Below, in pieces: positions 39,548 through 49,376 of a stretch of 64,000 nt of DNA. The notes beneath the pieces were generated by a model. It worked only from the letters and a program-made list of their open reading frames with translations, had not been told where the DNA came from and made no database searches. Numbering within the stretch: the stretch's first letter is position 1; every line of letters begins with the position of its first letter. The DNA lies in NCBI GenBank assembly GCA_045590955.1, contig JAZNSB010000003.1, positions 2,888 through 66,887 on the forward strand. Reading direction: 5' to 3'. Position numbers and translations under genes: made by a program. This DNA is from Alphaproteobacteria bacterium. Lineage in GTDB: Bacteria > Pseudomonadota > Alphaproteobacteria > RF32 > CAG-239.

Positions 39548-40218
39548 GAAAAAACACTTTGTGGATGTTGTTTTTGGGATCGCTATTTTCTGTTTATTTG
39601 TTGGGATTTTTTGACATTGTTTTTAGTCAGATGTTTTTTAAAGACGGCAAGTTTCTTTTACAAAACAATGATGTTGTTTTAGTCGTTGAATGGCTGTTGC
39701 CGTGGCTCTTGGTTTTGATTGCTCTAATATGTTTTGCTTTATGGGTGTATGGAAAAATATGTGGCAAACCAAAAATTTCTACAGAAAAAATGGCTTTTGT
39801 GTGTCTGTCAATGGTGCTGGCTCCGGGACTGATTGTAAATTTGATTTTCAAAACATTTTGGGGAAGAGCAAGACCGGTTGATTTGCAAATTTTTGGTGGA
39901 GATAAAGAATTTTCTATGCCTTTTGAAATTGCAGACCAGTGTAATTTGGATTGTTCTTTTATGTCCGGACATACTTCTGTGGCATTTTGGATGTTGGTGT
40001 TGGTTTTGGCATCTAATGTGAAAAAGAAACAAAATTTGTTTGTTGTTGTTTTTTTTATTGCTGCATTGGTTGCTTTAATGCGTGTGGCTCAAGGAAAACA
40101 CTTTTTATCTGATGTTGTTGCAGCGGCAACAATAACTTTGATGGTTGTATATTGGTGTTATCAAAAATTGCTGATTAAGGAGCAGTCAAAAGAAGATCAA
40201 GATTTTCGCCAAAAGTAG
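39544..40218 (+). CDS. PAP2-family membrane phosphatase; candidate lipid A phosphatase of the LpxE/LpxF type.
   Basis: KTFWGRARP (the KxxxxxxRP motif), a SGH motif in FMSGHTS, and a downstream SRxxxxxH-like region. The start overlaps the lptF stop as ATGA. Confidence 0.7.
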   Translation: MRKNTLWMLFLGSLFSVYLLGFFDIVFSQMFFKDGKFLLQNNDVVLVVEWLLPWLLVLIALICFALWVYGKICGKPKISTEKMAFVCLSMVLAPGLIVNLIFKTFWGRARPVDLQIFGGDKEFSMPFEIADQCNLDCSFMSGHTSVAFWMLVLVLASNVKKKQNLFVVVFFIAALVALMRVAQGKHFLSDVVAAATITLMVVYWCYQKLLIKEQSKEDQDFRQK

Positions 40219-41263
40219 AAACGGCATGTTTGGTTACATCTGTTGGTGCAGCAACAAATCTTGCAGCGTTTTCCTGTGCAATTAGAATATCTTCTTTTTT
40301 TAAGAACTGAGTGGTTTCTTCTCTTTTTTCTCCGGCATCCGGTCTGCCGTTAACGGATGCTATATTATACCAAGCATGCGCGTTTATAAAGTTTTTTTCA
40401 AAGGCAACGCCTGAAGCAAGTGCGTCGGCCAGCAAAACCATGGCGTTAACATTGCCTTGTTTGGCGGCGGCAAGCAAGTTATTTTGCGCAGAAACATAGT
40501 TTTGAGTTGTACCAATTCCATCAAAATACATTTTTGCAACCTGTATTTGTGCCAGATCATAACCTGCTTTGGCAGAAGATTGTATTAAAGAAAATGCTAA
40601 GTTGTCATTTTTTGGTAATCCAATTCCGTTAAGATATGCCACACCCAGCATATATTGAGAAATGGGATTGCCAAAGTCTGCTGATTTTCTTATGTAGGAT
40701 AAAGCCTTATCAACATCTTTTGGTAAGTATTGCTCTGTTAGATACAAAAAAGCAAGGTTTAGTGTTGCTGAATCGTCCCCTCTGTCTGAGGCTGCCTGAA
40801 ACAATTCTATGGACAAAGGAATGTCTTTTATGCCCGCAGAACCGTTAAACAGCAACGAGCCAAGATTGTTTAAAGCAACGGCATTTCCTTGCATAGCGGC
40901 AAGAGAATAAAACTTAAGAGCCTGTTTTTGGTCGCTTGGAAAATTGTTAGCGCCATATAAGTAACTGTATGCTAAAAATAACTGGGCATCAACATCACCC
41001 TCTTGAGCAAGACGAAGCTTTTTTTGTTCCGGAGTTTCTTTTTTGACGCTTTCTGCTTGTTTGTGGTTTTGCGCATCTTCAAAAGAAACCAACTTTTTTA
41101 TTTTATCAAAAAAAGAAAGGTCGTTTTTGCCATCAGTTTCCGGTGATTGTTTAGTTGTGTTGTCAAAAAGCAAGTTATTGGCATCGTTGTTTGCGGAAAC
41201 GCTGAAAGAAACTAAACTTAAACAAAAAACAGAACAACATGATAAGTAAAAAATTTTTTTCAT
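40175..41263 (-). CDS. Secreted Sel1-repeat (TPR-like) protein
   Basis: Signal peptide MKKIFYLSCCSVFCLSLVSFSVSA, followed by six or more Sel1 repeats (for example GNAVALNNLGSLLFNG, GDDSATLNLAFLY, GNPISQYMLGVAYLNG). Confidence 0.75.
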   Translation of the reverse strand: MKKIFYLSCCSVFCLSLVSFSVSANNDANNLLFDNTTKQSPETDGKNDLSFFDKIKKLVSFEDAQNHKQAESVKKETPEQKKLRLAQEGDVDAQLFLAYSYLYGANNFPSDQKQALKFYSLAAMQGNAVALNNLGSLLFNGSAGIKDIPLSIELFQAASDRGDDSATLNLAFLYLTEQYLPKDVDKALSYIRKSADFGNPISQYMLGVAYLNGIGLPKNDNLAFSLIQSSAKAGYDLAQIQVAKMYFDGIGTTQNYVSAQNNLLAAAKQGNVNAMVLLADALASGVAFEKNFINAHAWYNIASVNGRPDAGEKREETTQFLKKEDILIAQENAARFVAAPTDVTKHAVSTFGENLDLLLTAP

Positions 41264-41270
41264 GGCAAAA

Positions 41271-42536
41271 CTACCTTGTGTTTTGAATGTGTTGAGTAAT
41301 GATGTCATTATTTATATCACGCATATATTTTTGTGCCAAGATTTTTTTATAACGGTTGAATATTTCTGTTTGTTCTTCTGTGGCACGAGGAAACGGGTGT
41401 TGCAAATTGATTTTAGTATTTGGATATACCAAAAAGTTTTTTTGCAAAAAGTCGCAACATTCCGGATATGTGCCATCCGGGTCTTGCTGTATTCCTAAAA
41501 TTTTAAATTGACGCTCCATGCGCATAACTTTTTCTATTACATCTTTAGAGTTGTAATTGTTTATGGCGTTGAGGTTGATAACAGCAATTTGGTGGTTAAG
41601 TTTTTTTATGAGTAGTTGTTTTCTTTGAATTTCAACCTCGTCTTTGCAAAAAGAAATTTCATCTTTTAATTTGCGGATTTCTCTGTAAATGGGATGAGTT
41701 TGTTTATCTCCTTTTTCAAGAGACGTTATTTTAATTTGTACTTCAACAGTAAAATGTCCGCCAGGTTTGTTGGTGTTGGGAATAGAAAGATACAACACAA
41801 GGTTTCTAAAATCTTTGTTGCTAAATCTTTCTGTATTGTCTAAACAGTTATTGCAAAACTTATCTTTTTTGAGGCTCTGCATTGAAGCGTTTGGGAGGTT
41901 GTTAAAGATCTGTTCCCAAAACAAAACATCTTCATATCTCTTAACGCTTAAAGAAAAGCGCAAAACATCCCTTAATCTCTCGTGGGGTTTTTCAGGGCGA
42001 TTTTCGCTTGGGGTATAGGCCGAGCCAAAAGCATCTTTTTGATAAGCAAGATCATACAATCCGCCACATTTAACTTTTTCTATGGCTCTGTTGATGTTTT
42101 TTATTCCGGGCAAAGTTATGTATAACGGATTGTTTTTGCTGTCTGTTTGGGTTATTACAATGCGAGTGTTCGGCGTAATATATTTTATGTCATCTGTTTT
42201 TTCAATGATAGTTTCTTCTGTTATTGGGTCAATCACAGAAAAGGTGAAGTTGCTGAATTTTTCATATCCGCCAAAAGAGTTTACAACCAAACGGAACAAC
42301 TGTCTGTAAGCTTCCATTTGGTCTTCGTAATAAAACTCAAGATGTTCTTTAGTTTCTTTGCCTATTTTTCCGTCAAGATAAGCTTGCTCAATCAGCTCTA
42401 AACATTCTCGGTTGTTTTGTTCTTGCTGAGAGTTAATTGCAGCCCTGCTTTGCAGGTAGTCTTCTTTAGAAAAAGGGGAAGAAACAAAGGAAGAAAAACT
42501 GTCTTGAGCCAAATATGTATCTTGTATTTCTTGCAT
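41271..42536 (-). CDS. Hypothetical cytoplasmic protein (421 aa) with no confidently recognisable domain.
   Basis: A long ORF with no signal peptide or TM helix. There is a weak resemblance to nucleotidyltransferase/RelA-SpoT synthetase motifs (GGHFTVEVQIKITSL...HPIYREIRK), but it is not convincing. Confidence 0.5.
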   Translation of the reverse strand: MQEIQDTYLAQDSFSSFVSSPFSKEDYLQSRAAINSQQEQNNRECLELIEQAYLDGKIGKETKEHLEFYYEDQMEAYRQLFRLVVNSFGGYEKFSNFTFSVIDPITEETIIEKTDDIKYITPNTRIVITQTDSKNNPLYITLPGIKNINRAIEKVKCGGLYDLAYQKDAFGSAYTPSENRPEKPHERLRDVLRFSLSVKRYEDVLFWEQIFNNLPNASMQSLKKDKFCNNCLDNTERFSNKDFRNLVLYLSIPNTNKPGGHFTVEVQIKITSLEKGDKQTHPIYREIRKLKDEISFCKDEVEIQRKQLLIKKLNHQIAVINLNAINNYNSKDVIEKVMRMERQFKILGIQQDPDGTYPECCDFLQKNFLVYPNTKINLQHPFPRATEEQTEIFNRYKKILAQKYMRDINNDIITQHIQNTR

Positions 42537-42655
42537 TTGTATTCCTCAAGGAAGAAGAACTATGACACAAAAAAATTTATAAACAAGAACTTTTTGCTTT
42601 ATTTTTAAAATTTATGTGATATACAGTAGGTATAACTTTCATAAATTTGTAGAAA

Positions 42656-42681
42656 GTGGGGCAAATGCCCCGCTTTTTTGT
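42656..42681 (+). terminator. Terminator-like hairpin plus T-run in the rimP-nusA leader; candidate attenuator.
   Basis: GTGGGGCaaatGCCCCGCTTTTTTG, located 11 nt upstream of the rimP ATG. Confidence 0.5.
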
Positions 42682-42691
42682 TAGGAAAAAT

Positions 42692-43156
42692 ATGCAAAAA
42701 CACGAATTAAATGATATGCTGGAACCTGTTGTGGAGGGCTTGGGATATGAGCTGGTAAGGGTGATTACTCTTGGCCAGGTAAATCCGACGTTGCAGGTTA
42801 TGATAGATAGAATCGACGGCAAAATTGTGGATGTGGAAGATTGTGCAAAAGTTAGCAGAAAAATTTCTGAACTTTTGGATGAAAAAGACCCGATTGTCGG
42901 TGAATATACTTTGGAGGTTTCTTCTCCGGGAGTGGACAGACCTTTAACAAAGTTTTCTCACTTTGAAAAATTTGTGGGACACAATGTAAAGGTGGAATTG
43001 TCTGAAGAAGTTAATGCCAGAAAAAGAATTAAGGGATTGCTCGTAAAAACAGACGAGAAAAAAACGGTTTTTGTTCAGGCGGGAGAAACGGTTTTTGAAA
43101 TTCCGTTTGAAAAGATCAATAAAGCTAAAATAATTTTAACTCAAGAGGATGAATAA
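42692..43156 (+). CDS. rimP: Ribosome maturation factor RimP
   Basis: LEPVVEGLGYELVRV...EVSSPGVDRPL. Directly upstream of nusA. Confidence 0.85.
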   Translation: MQKHELNDMLEPVVEGLGYELVRVITLGQVNPTLQVMIDRIDGKIVDVEDCAKVSRKISELLDEKDPIVGEYTLEVSSPGVDRPLTKFSHFEKFVGHNVKVELSEEVNARKRIKGLLVKTDEKKTVFVQAGETVFEIPFEKINKAKIILTQEDE

Positions 43157-44664
43157 TGCAGAACATTGAAAATATGCCAAGACCAGAGGTCTTGTTAGTG
43201 GCAGACACAGTTGCTCGTGAAAAAAACATTGATAGAGAAGAAGTTTTTGTGGCAATGGAAATTGCAATACAAAAAGCAGGTCGTTCAAAATATGGCTTTG
43301 AGCACGATGTTAGAGCTTCTATTGACAGAAAAACAGGCGCAATTTCTTTGTCAAGATATCGTGAAGTTGTGGCGGAAATTGATCCGGATGCAGAGTTTTC
43401 TCAAATTACATTAAAGCAAGCAAAGGCAATTGATGCTTCTTATAAGCTTGGAGATTTTGTGGTAGATGCTTTGCCTTCAATAGACTTTGGACGTATTGCC
43501 GCTCAAACCGCAAAACAAGTAATTGTGCAAAAAGTAAGAGATGCAGAGCGCAATAAACAATATGAAGAATATAAAGAAAAAATCGGAACAATTGTAAACG
43601 GAACGGTTAAAAGGCTTGAGTTTGGAAATGTTGTGTTAGATATTGGCAAAACAGAAGCAATTTTGACCAGAAACGAAATTATTCCAAGAGAAAAATTTAA
43701 ACCCGGTGACAGAATTAGAGCATATGTTTTGGATGTAAGAAAAGAAAACAGAGGACCGCAAGTGTTCTTGTCAAGAACATGTCCTGAATTCATGGCAAAG
43801 TTGTTTACTTCCGAAGTGCCTGAAATTTACGATGGAATCGTGGAAATTATGGGCGTGGCAAGAGATCCCGGTTCAAAGGCAAAAATTGCCGTAAGAACAG
43901 ATGACGTTACAGTAGATGCCGTTGGTGCTTGTGTGGGATTGCGCGGAATTAGAGTGCAAGAAGTTGTAAAAGAACTTCAGGGAGAAAAGATTGATATTGT
44001 TTCTTATTCTGAAGATAAGGCAAAATATGTTGTTGCAGCGCTGGCTCCTGCAGAAGTTGTTAAGGTGGTGCTTGATGAAGATAACAACAAGATTGAAGTT
44101 GTTGTGCCGCAAGAACAATTTTCTATTGCAATCGGAAGGCGTGGCCAAAATGTTAAATTGGCTTCTCAATTGTTGGGTTGTGACATTGATGTGTTGACGG
44201 AAGAACAAGAGCAAGAGAGAAGAGCCAATGAAAACAAAGTCAAACTTCAACGTTTTATGGAAGCTTTGGATGTTGATGAAATGATTGCACATCTTTTGAT
44301 TGCTGAAGGATTTTCTAAGGTTGATGAAATTGCAATGATAGAGTTGTCTGAATTGGCCGAAATTGAAGGTTTTGATGCTGATGTGGCTGCAGAATTGCAA
44401 TCCAGAGCAAAAGCTTTTGTTGAAAAAAGAAATGAAGAGTTTGCTCAAAAGAGTAAGTCTTTGGGAATAGATGAAAGCATTAAAACAATTGCCGGATTAG
44501 ATCAGGATATGATTTTGGCTTTGGCAAATAACAATGTTAAAAACATTGAAGATTTGGCAGATTTGGCTTCTGATGAACTCAGAGAAATTCTGGGTGTTGA
44601 TGTTATAACAGAGGCAGAGGCAAACAGAATCATTATGGATGCAAGAGCGCACTGGTTTGAATAA
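43156..44664 (+). CDS. nusA: Transcription elongation/termination factor NusA
   Basis: An N-terminal domain, S1, two KH domains and C-terminal acidic repeats (AR1/AR2). 502 aa. Confidence 0.95.
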   Translation: MQNIENMPRPEVLLVADTVAREKNIDREEVFVAMEIAIQKAGRSKYGFEHDVRASIDRKTGAISLSRYREVVAEIDPDAEFSQITLKQAKAIDASYKLGDFVVDALPSIDFGRIAAQTAKQVIVQKVRDAERNKQYEEYKEKIGTIVNGTVKRLEFGNVVLDIGKTEAILTRNEIIPREKFKPGDRIRAYVLDVRKENRGPQVFLSRTCPEFMAKLFTSEVPEIYDGIVEIMGVARDPGSKAKIAVRTDDVTVDAVGACVGLRGIRVQEVVKELQGEKIDIVSYSEDKAKYVVAALAPAEVVKVVLDEDNNKIEVVVPQEQFSIAIGRRGQNVKLASQLLGCDIDVLTEEQEQERRANENKVKLQRFMEALDVDEMIAHLLIAEGFSKVDEIAMIELSELAEIEGFDADVAAELQSRAKAFVEKRNEEFAQKSKSLGIDESIKTIAGLDQDMILALANNNVKNIEDLADLASDELREILGVDVITEAEANRIIMDARAHWFE

Positions 44665-44674
44665 GGACAAAAGT

Positions 44675-45238
44675 ATGGCAGTAAGCGGTTCGTCAAATAC
44701 AAGAAAGTGCATTGTTGAAGGCAGCACAAAAGAGAAAAAATCTCTTTTGCGCTTTGCCGCAACAAAAGAAAACAATGTGGTGCCGGATTTTGATAAAAAG
44801 CAAAAAGGAAAAGGGTTTTGGGTTTCTAATTCAAAAGCTATTCTAAAAAAGGCAATAGAAAAAAACATTTTTGCAAAAGTTGCCAGAAAAAAAATTGTGG
44901 CAGATCAAAATTTGTTGGAACAAACACAAAGCATGTTGTCTGATAAGGCTTTGCAAGCGTTTTCTTTTTTAACACCAAACGATTTTGAGGTGGTGGAAAA
45001 AGCAGACTGTGTTTTTGAATCTGATGTGTTGTGTTTTGTGGTACCGAAAGAAACAACGTTAAAAATTTCTGAAAATACAAACAAAGATGTTTTTGACTGT
45101 TTTTCTGCACAAGAACTGCAAAAAATTGTTGGAAAAAATGTTCTTTTTCTGGCTTTGAAGAATACAAATACAGCAAAAACAGTGTACAATATGTTGAAAA
45201 AGTTTAATACTTTTTCTGCTCTACAAGATGAAAAATAA
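44675..45238 (+). CDS. YlxR (DUF448)-like RNA-binding protein with a C-terminal L7Ae-like extension
   Basis: RKCIVEGSTKEKKSLLRF...GKGFWV matches the YlxR core. It lies between nusA and infB, as does the fused form in alphaproteobacteria. Confidence 0.65.
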   Translation: MAVSGSSNTRKCIVEGSTKEKKSLLRFAATKENNVVPDFDKKQKGKGFWVSNSKAILKKAIEKNIFAKVARKKIVADQNLLEQTQSMLSDKALQAFSFLTPNDFEVVEKADCVFESDVLCFVVPKETTLKISENTNKDVFDCFSAQELQKIVGKNVLFLALKNTNTAKTVYNMLKKFNTFSALQDEK

Positions 45239-45253
45239 AAAAGGAAATAACCT

Positions 45254-47701
45254 ATGACAGAAGAAAGTACAAAAACCAAACTAACATTGTCCGGAAAAAC
45301 AACCCTTACATTGAAATCATTGGGTGATAAAAAAGGATATGAGAGAGACGGAAGAAAGGTTGTGCAGGTTGAAGTGCGCAAAAAGAGAGTAATTCTTGCA
45401 CCGCAAGAAAAGAGTACTTCTGTGGAAATTGATGAAGCAACAGCTGCAAAGTTAAAGTTGATTGAGCAAGCAAAAGAATTTGAAAACCACCGCCAAGAAG
45501 AGTTTCAAAAACAAGAGGCTCAAAGACAAAAGCTAAAACAAGAGCAGGATGAAGCTCGCAGAAAGGCCGAAGAAGAAAGGATTGCTTTGGAAGCAAAAAA
45601 GAAAAAAGAAGCAGAAGAGGCGGCAGAAAAACAAAAGGCTTTAGAACAGCAAAAGGCTCAAGAACAAGATTATCAGAAAAATAAGAAAAATAAGTTTGAT
45701 GAAGATGAAGAAGACGATAGTTTTTCTAAGAAAAATAAAAAATTTAGTGAAAAAGAAGAGGCTTATGACGACAGAAGAAAGGTTACAAAACGTTCTTTTG
45801 AAACGGTAAGAAGAAATAATAACTTTAATATAAACACCATTTCATCCGGCGATGACGATGATGATTATGGCGGTGTATATAGAAGAAGGTTTAAGAAAAA
45901 ACAACCCAAGCCTGCGCAACAAACAGTTGCACCGCAAGAAAAAATTTATAAGGAAGTGGTTGTGCCGGAAGTTATTACTGTTCAGGAATTGGCTAACCGT
46001 ATGGCAGAAAAATCTGCAGACGTTATTAAAAAACTTATGAGTCTTGGCGTAATGGCAACAATTAACCAGCCGATAGATGCCGATACAGCACAAATTGTGG
46101 CAGAGGAATTGGGACATAAGGTAAAACGTGTGGCTGCTTCTGACGTTGAGCTTGGTCTTACCGGTCCGGAAGATAAGCCGGAACAGTTGAAACCACGTCC
46201 TCCTGTTGTAACCGTAATGGGACACGTTGATCATGGTAAAACTTCTTTACTGGATGCTTTAAGAGAAACAAATGTTGTGGCAAAAGAAGCCGGTGGAATT
46301 ACGCAACATATCGGCGCTTATCAAATTGAAGTTGAAAGCGGTAAGAAAATTACCTTTATTGATACTCCCGGTCACGAAGCTTTTTCTGAAATGAGGGCTA
46401 GGGGAGCAAAGGTTACCGATATTGTGGTTTTGGTTGTTGCTGCCAATGATGGAATTATGCCACAAACAGTAGAAGCAATAAGACATGCTCAGGCGGCTCA
46501 GGTGCCAATTGTTGTGGCAATTAATAAAATAGATTTGCCGGGCGCAGATCCAATGCGTGTTAAAACAGAGTTGTTGCAACACGGAATCGCCGTTGAAGAA
46601 ATGGGTGGTGAATGCTTGTGTGCAGAAGTTTCTGCAAAAAAACGCATTAACATTAATGCATTGGTTGAGGCAATTTTATTGCAAGCAGAAATTTTGGATT
46701 TGAAGGCAAATCCTGACAGAGTGGCTGAAGGAACGGTAATTGAAGCCAAAATGGAAAAAGGAAGAGGCTCTGTGGCAACCTTGTTGGTGCAAAGAGGAAC
46801 CTTGAAAATAGGTGATATTATTGTTGCTGGAAAAGAATGGGGCCATGTGAGAGCTATGCTTGATGAACACTCCAGAAAAGTGTTTGAAGCAACCCCCGCA
46901 ACACCAGTGGAAGTGCTTGGTTTGCAAGGAACCCCTGGTGCCGGAGATGACTTGATTGTGGTTGCAGATGAAAATACAGCCAGACAGGTTACAAACTATA
47001 GAATTCAAAAAGAAAGAGAAGCAAAGATTGTTAAATCAGCAAAATCTGCGATGGAGCAAATGCTTGATAAAATTAAATTGGGAGAAGTTAAAAATCTTCC
47101 GGTTATTATCAAAGCTGACGTTCAAGGCTCTATTGAGGCAATTGAAGGAACAATAGGCAAGCTTTCTAACGAAGAAGTAAGTGTTCAAGTTCTTCATTCG
47201 GCCGTTGGCCCTATATCAGAATCTGATATTTCTTTGGCAAAAGCTTCAAATGCATTTATCATTGGATTTAATGTGAGAGCAAATCCGCTTGCCAGAGATA
47301 TGGCAAAACGTGACGGAGTAGATATCAGATATTATTCTATTATTTATGACGTGGCAGATGACGTTAAAAAAGGATTGGAAGGATTGCTTTCTCCAACTCT
47401 TAAAGAAAAACTTTTGGGTTATGCGGAAATTAGAACCGTGTTTAATATAACCGGAGTGGGTAAGGTTGCCGGATGTATGATTACTGAAGGTTTGGTAAAA
47501 CGCGGAGCAAAAATCAGATTGTTGCGTGATAACGTGGTTATTCATGATGGCGAGATTGGTCAACTCAAGAGGTTTAAAGAAGACGTTAGAGAAGTTAAAG
47601 ACGGATATGAGTGCGGAATTAGCTTTGCAAATTATAACGATATTCAGGTAAATGACTTTATTGAGTGTTACGAGATTGAGACAATTGCTGCAACCTTATA
47701 G
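45254..47701 (+). CDS. infB: Translation initiation factor IF-2
   Basis: A K/E/A-rich N-terminal region and the G domain ([24 protein letters not shown]). Confidence 0.95.
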   Translation: MTEESTKTKLTLSGKTTLTLKSLGDKKGYERDGRKVVQVEVRKKRVILAPQEKSTSVEIDEATAAKLKLIEQAKEFENHRQEEFQKQEAQRQKLKQEQDEARRKAEEERIALEAKKKKEAEEAAEKQKALEQQKAQEQDYQKNKKNKFDEDEEDDSFSKKNKKFSEKEEAYDDRRKVTKRSFETVRRNNNFNINTISSGDDDDDYGGVYRRRFKKKQPKPAQQTVAPQEKIYKEVVVPEVITVQELANRMAEKSADVIKKLMSLGVMATINQPIDADTAQIVAEELGHKVKRVAASDVELGLTGPEDKPEQLKPRPPVVTVMGHVDHGKTSLLDALRETNVVAKEAGGITQHIGAYQIEVESGKKITFIDTPGHEAFSEMRARGAKVTDIVVLVVAANDGIMPQTVEAIRHAQAAQVPIVVAINKIDLPGADPMRVKTELLQHGIAVEEMGGECLCAEVSAKKRININALVEAILLQAEILDLKANPDRVAEGTVIEAKMEKGRGSVATLLVQRGTLKIGDIIVAGKEWGHVRAMLDEHSRKVFEATPATPVEVLGLQGTPGAGDDLIVVADENTARQVTNYRIQKEREAKIVKSAKSAMEQMLDKIKLGEVKNLPVIIKADVQGSIEAIEGTIGKLSNEEVSVQVLHSAVGPISESDISLAKASNAFIIGFNVRANPLARDMAKRDGVDIRYYSIIYDVADDVKKGLEGLLSPTLKEKLLGYAEIRTVFNITGVGKVAGCMITEGLVKRGAKIRLLRDNVVIHDGEIGQLKRFKEDVREVKDGYECGISFANYNDIQVNDFIECYEIETIAATL

Positions 47702-47711
47702 GGGAAACAAG

Positions 47712-48092
47712 ATGTATAATAAAGAACCGTCACAGAGACAATTGCAAGTTGGACAAGAGATAAAGAAAATCATTGCCTCAATGGTGCAAAGACAAGAAAT
47801 CAGAAACATACAAGATGTTGATGCGCTGGTAACAATAATGGAGGCGCAAGTTTCTCCGGATTTGAAGTATTGCAATGTATATTTCATTACTTCTGATGCA
47901 GATACAAATCAGACCGTTTTAGAGGGATTGATGTTGGCTCGCAATTATATCAGAAAACAAGTGGGAGCCAGAGCAGGATTAAGATATGTTCCGGAACTGG
48001 TTTTTAGAATTGACGAATCTTTTGCCAGGGTTGATGAAATTGAAAGATTGCTCAGAGATCCAAAGGTTTCTGCTGACCTACAAAAAGAATAA
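47712..48092 (+). CDS. rbfA: Ribosome-binding factor A
   Basis: RQLQVGQEIKKIIASMV...VTIMEAQVSPDLKYCNVYF. Start at the ATG after an AGGGGAAACA RBS. Confidence 0.85.
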   Translation: MYNKEPSQRQLQVGQEIKKIIASMVQRQEIRNIQDVDALVTIMEAQVSPDLKYCNVYFITSDADTNQTVLEGLMLARNYIRKQVGARAGLRYVPELVFRIDESFARVDEIERLLRDPKVSADLQKE

Positions 48093-48104
48093 AGCACAAT
48101 AAAA

Positions 48105-48992
48105 ATGACCAAAAACACTCAAAATATACATGGTTGGATTGTGCTTGATAAGCCTAAAGACATGACTTCAAATGCCGCACTGACAAAAGTGCGACATTTG
48201 TTTAATGTTAAAAAAGCCGGACACGTTGGAACCCTTGATCCTTTTGCCACAGGAGTTTTACCCATAGCTTTGGGAGAAGCAACAAAACTGATTTGTTTGA
48301 TTGAGGGAGGAATAAAAACATATGAGTTTGATTGTCAATTTGGCGAACAAACATCAACGGATGATAATACCGGGGATGTTATAAAAACATGCGAAAAAAT
48401 TCCAACCAAAGAAGAAATTGAGAATGTAATACCGAGTTTTATTGGAAAAATAAAACAAATACCATCAAAATTTTCTGCCATAAAAATAAATGGCAAAAGA
48501 GCATATGATTTGGCCAGAAATGGAGAAGATTTTGAAATGAAATCAAGAGAAGTAGATGTGTTTTCTCTTAAACTTATTTCTTTTGAAAAAGACACAGCAA
48601 CAATGGAGGTTGTTTGTTCTAAAGGAACATATGTGAGAACTCTTGGGGCAGATTTAGCAAAAAAACTTGGCACTTGCGCTCACTTAAAGGCTTTAAGGCG
48701 TAAAAAAAGCGGTTTTTTTGACCTATCACATGCAATAAGTCTTGAAAATTTAAAAGAAATGGTGCATATTAATCAAGCTTTACATCCTGTATTAACACCT
48801 CTGTGCGACATCACGGAGATTGCTGTATCGGATGAGCAGGCTACCAAATTGCGTCAGGGGCAGTCATTGTCTCCAAAAGGCTTTGAAGCTTATAAAAATG
48901 GAGAATTGGTTGCTGTTTGTAACGCAAATCCGGTGGCAATAGTGCGCAAGTCTGAGCGAAAAATTGCTCCGTGGCGCGTGTTTAACTTTTAA
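48105..48992 (+). CDS. truB: tRNA pseudouridine(55) synthase
   Basis: GWIVLDKPKDMTSN and the catalytic HVGTLDPFATGVL, followed by a PUA domain. Confidence 0.9.
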   Translation: MTKNTQNIHGWIVLDKPKDMTSNAALTKVRHLFNVKKAGHVGTLDPFATGVLPIALGEATKLICLIEGGIKTYEFDCQFGEQTSTDDNTGDVIKTCEKIPTKEEIENVIPSFIGKIKQIPSKFSAIKINGKRAYDLARNGEDFEMKSREVDVFSLKLISFEKDTATMEVVCSKGTYVRTLGADLAKKLGTCAHLKALRRKKSGFFDLSHAISLENLKEMVHINQALHPVLTPLCDITEIAVSDEQATKLRQGQSLSPKGFEAYKNGELVAVCNANPVAIVRKSERKIAPWRVFNF

Positions 48993-49009
48993 CTTAAAGG
49001 AAAAATAAG

Positions 49010-49279
49010 ATGTCGTTTACTAATGAAGAAAAACAAAAACTTATCAAAGAATACGGATTGAATCCTAATGATACTGGTTCTCCGGAAGTTCAAATCGCTA
49101 TTTGGACTTTTAGAATCAACAACTTGATTGAACACTTTAATGTGCACAAAAAAGACAAACATTCTCGTTTGGGTTTGATGAAAATGGTTGGTAATCGTCG
49201 TAGATTGCTTGACTATTTGAAAGGAAAGTCTGAAACAAGATATCAATCTCTTATTCAAAAATTAAATATCAGAAAGTAG
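49010..49279 (+). CDS. rpsO: 30S ribosomal protein S15
   Basis: 89 aa; [21 protein letters not shown]...[20 protein letters not shown]. Confidence 0.95.
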   Translation: MSFTNEEKQKLIKEYGLNPNDTGSPEVQIAIWTFRINNLIEHFNVHKKDKHSRLGLMKMVGNRRRLLDYLKGKSETRYQSLIQKLNIRK

Positions 49280-49291
49280 ATATTTGTTTCA

Positions 49292-49336
49292 AAAAATTTG
49301 CGGAGCAGTTTTGGCTCCGCAAGCTTTTTGTTTTGG
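49292..49336 (+). terminator. rpsO-pnp intercistronic hairpin plus T-run (partial terminator and processing-site region).
   Basis: AAAAAATTTGCGGAGCagttttgGCTCCGCAAGCTTTTTGTTTTGG. Confidence 0.7.
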
Positions 49337-49376
49337 TAGAAAAGATGTATGAAATATAACTTTATAAGGAAAAAAG

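Noticed and set aside
45306-47563. Multiple 60-130-aa minus-strand ORFs inside infB, and similar antisense ORFs inside addA, addB, hydA, nusA, pnp, clpA-like and ftsK
   Set aside because: They are embedded antisense within long, confidently identified conserved genes. They are Cys/His/Phe/Leu-rich, low-complexity translations of AT-rich antisense strands.
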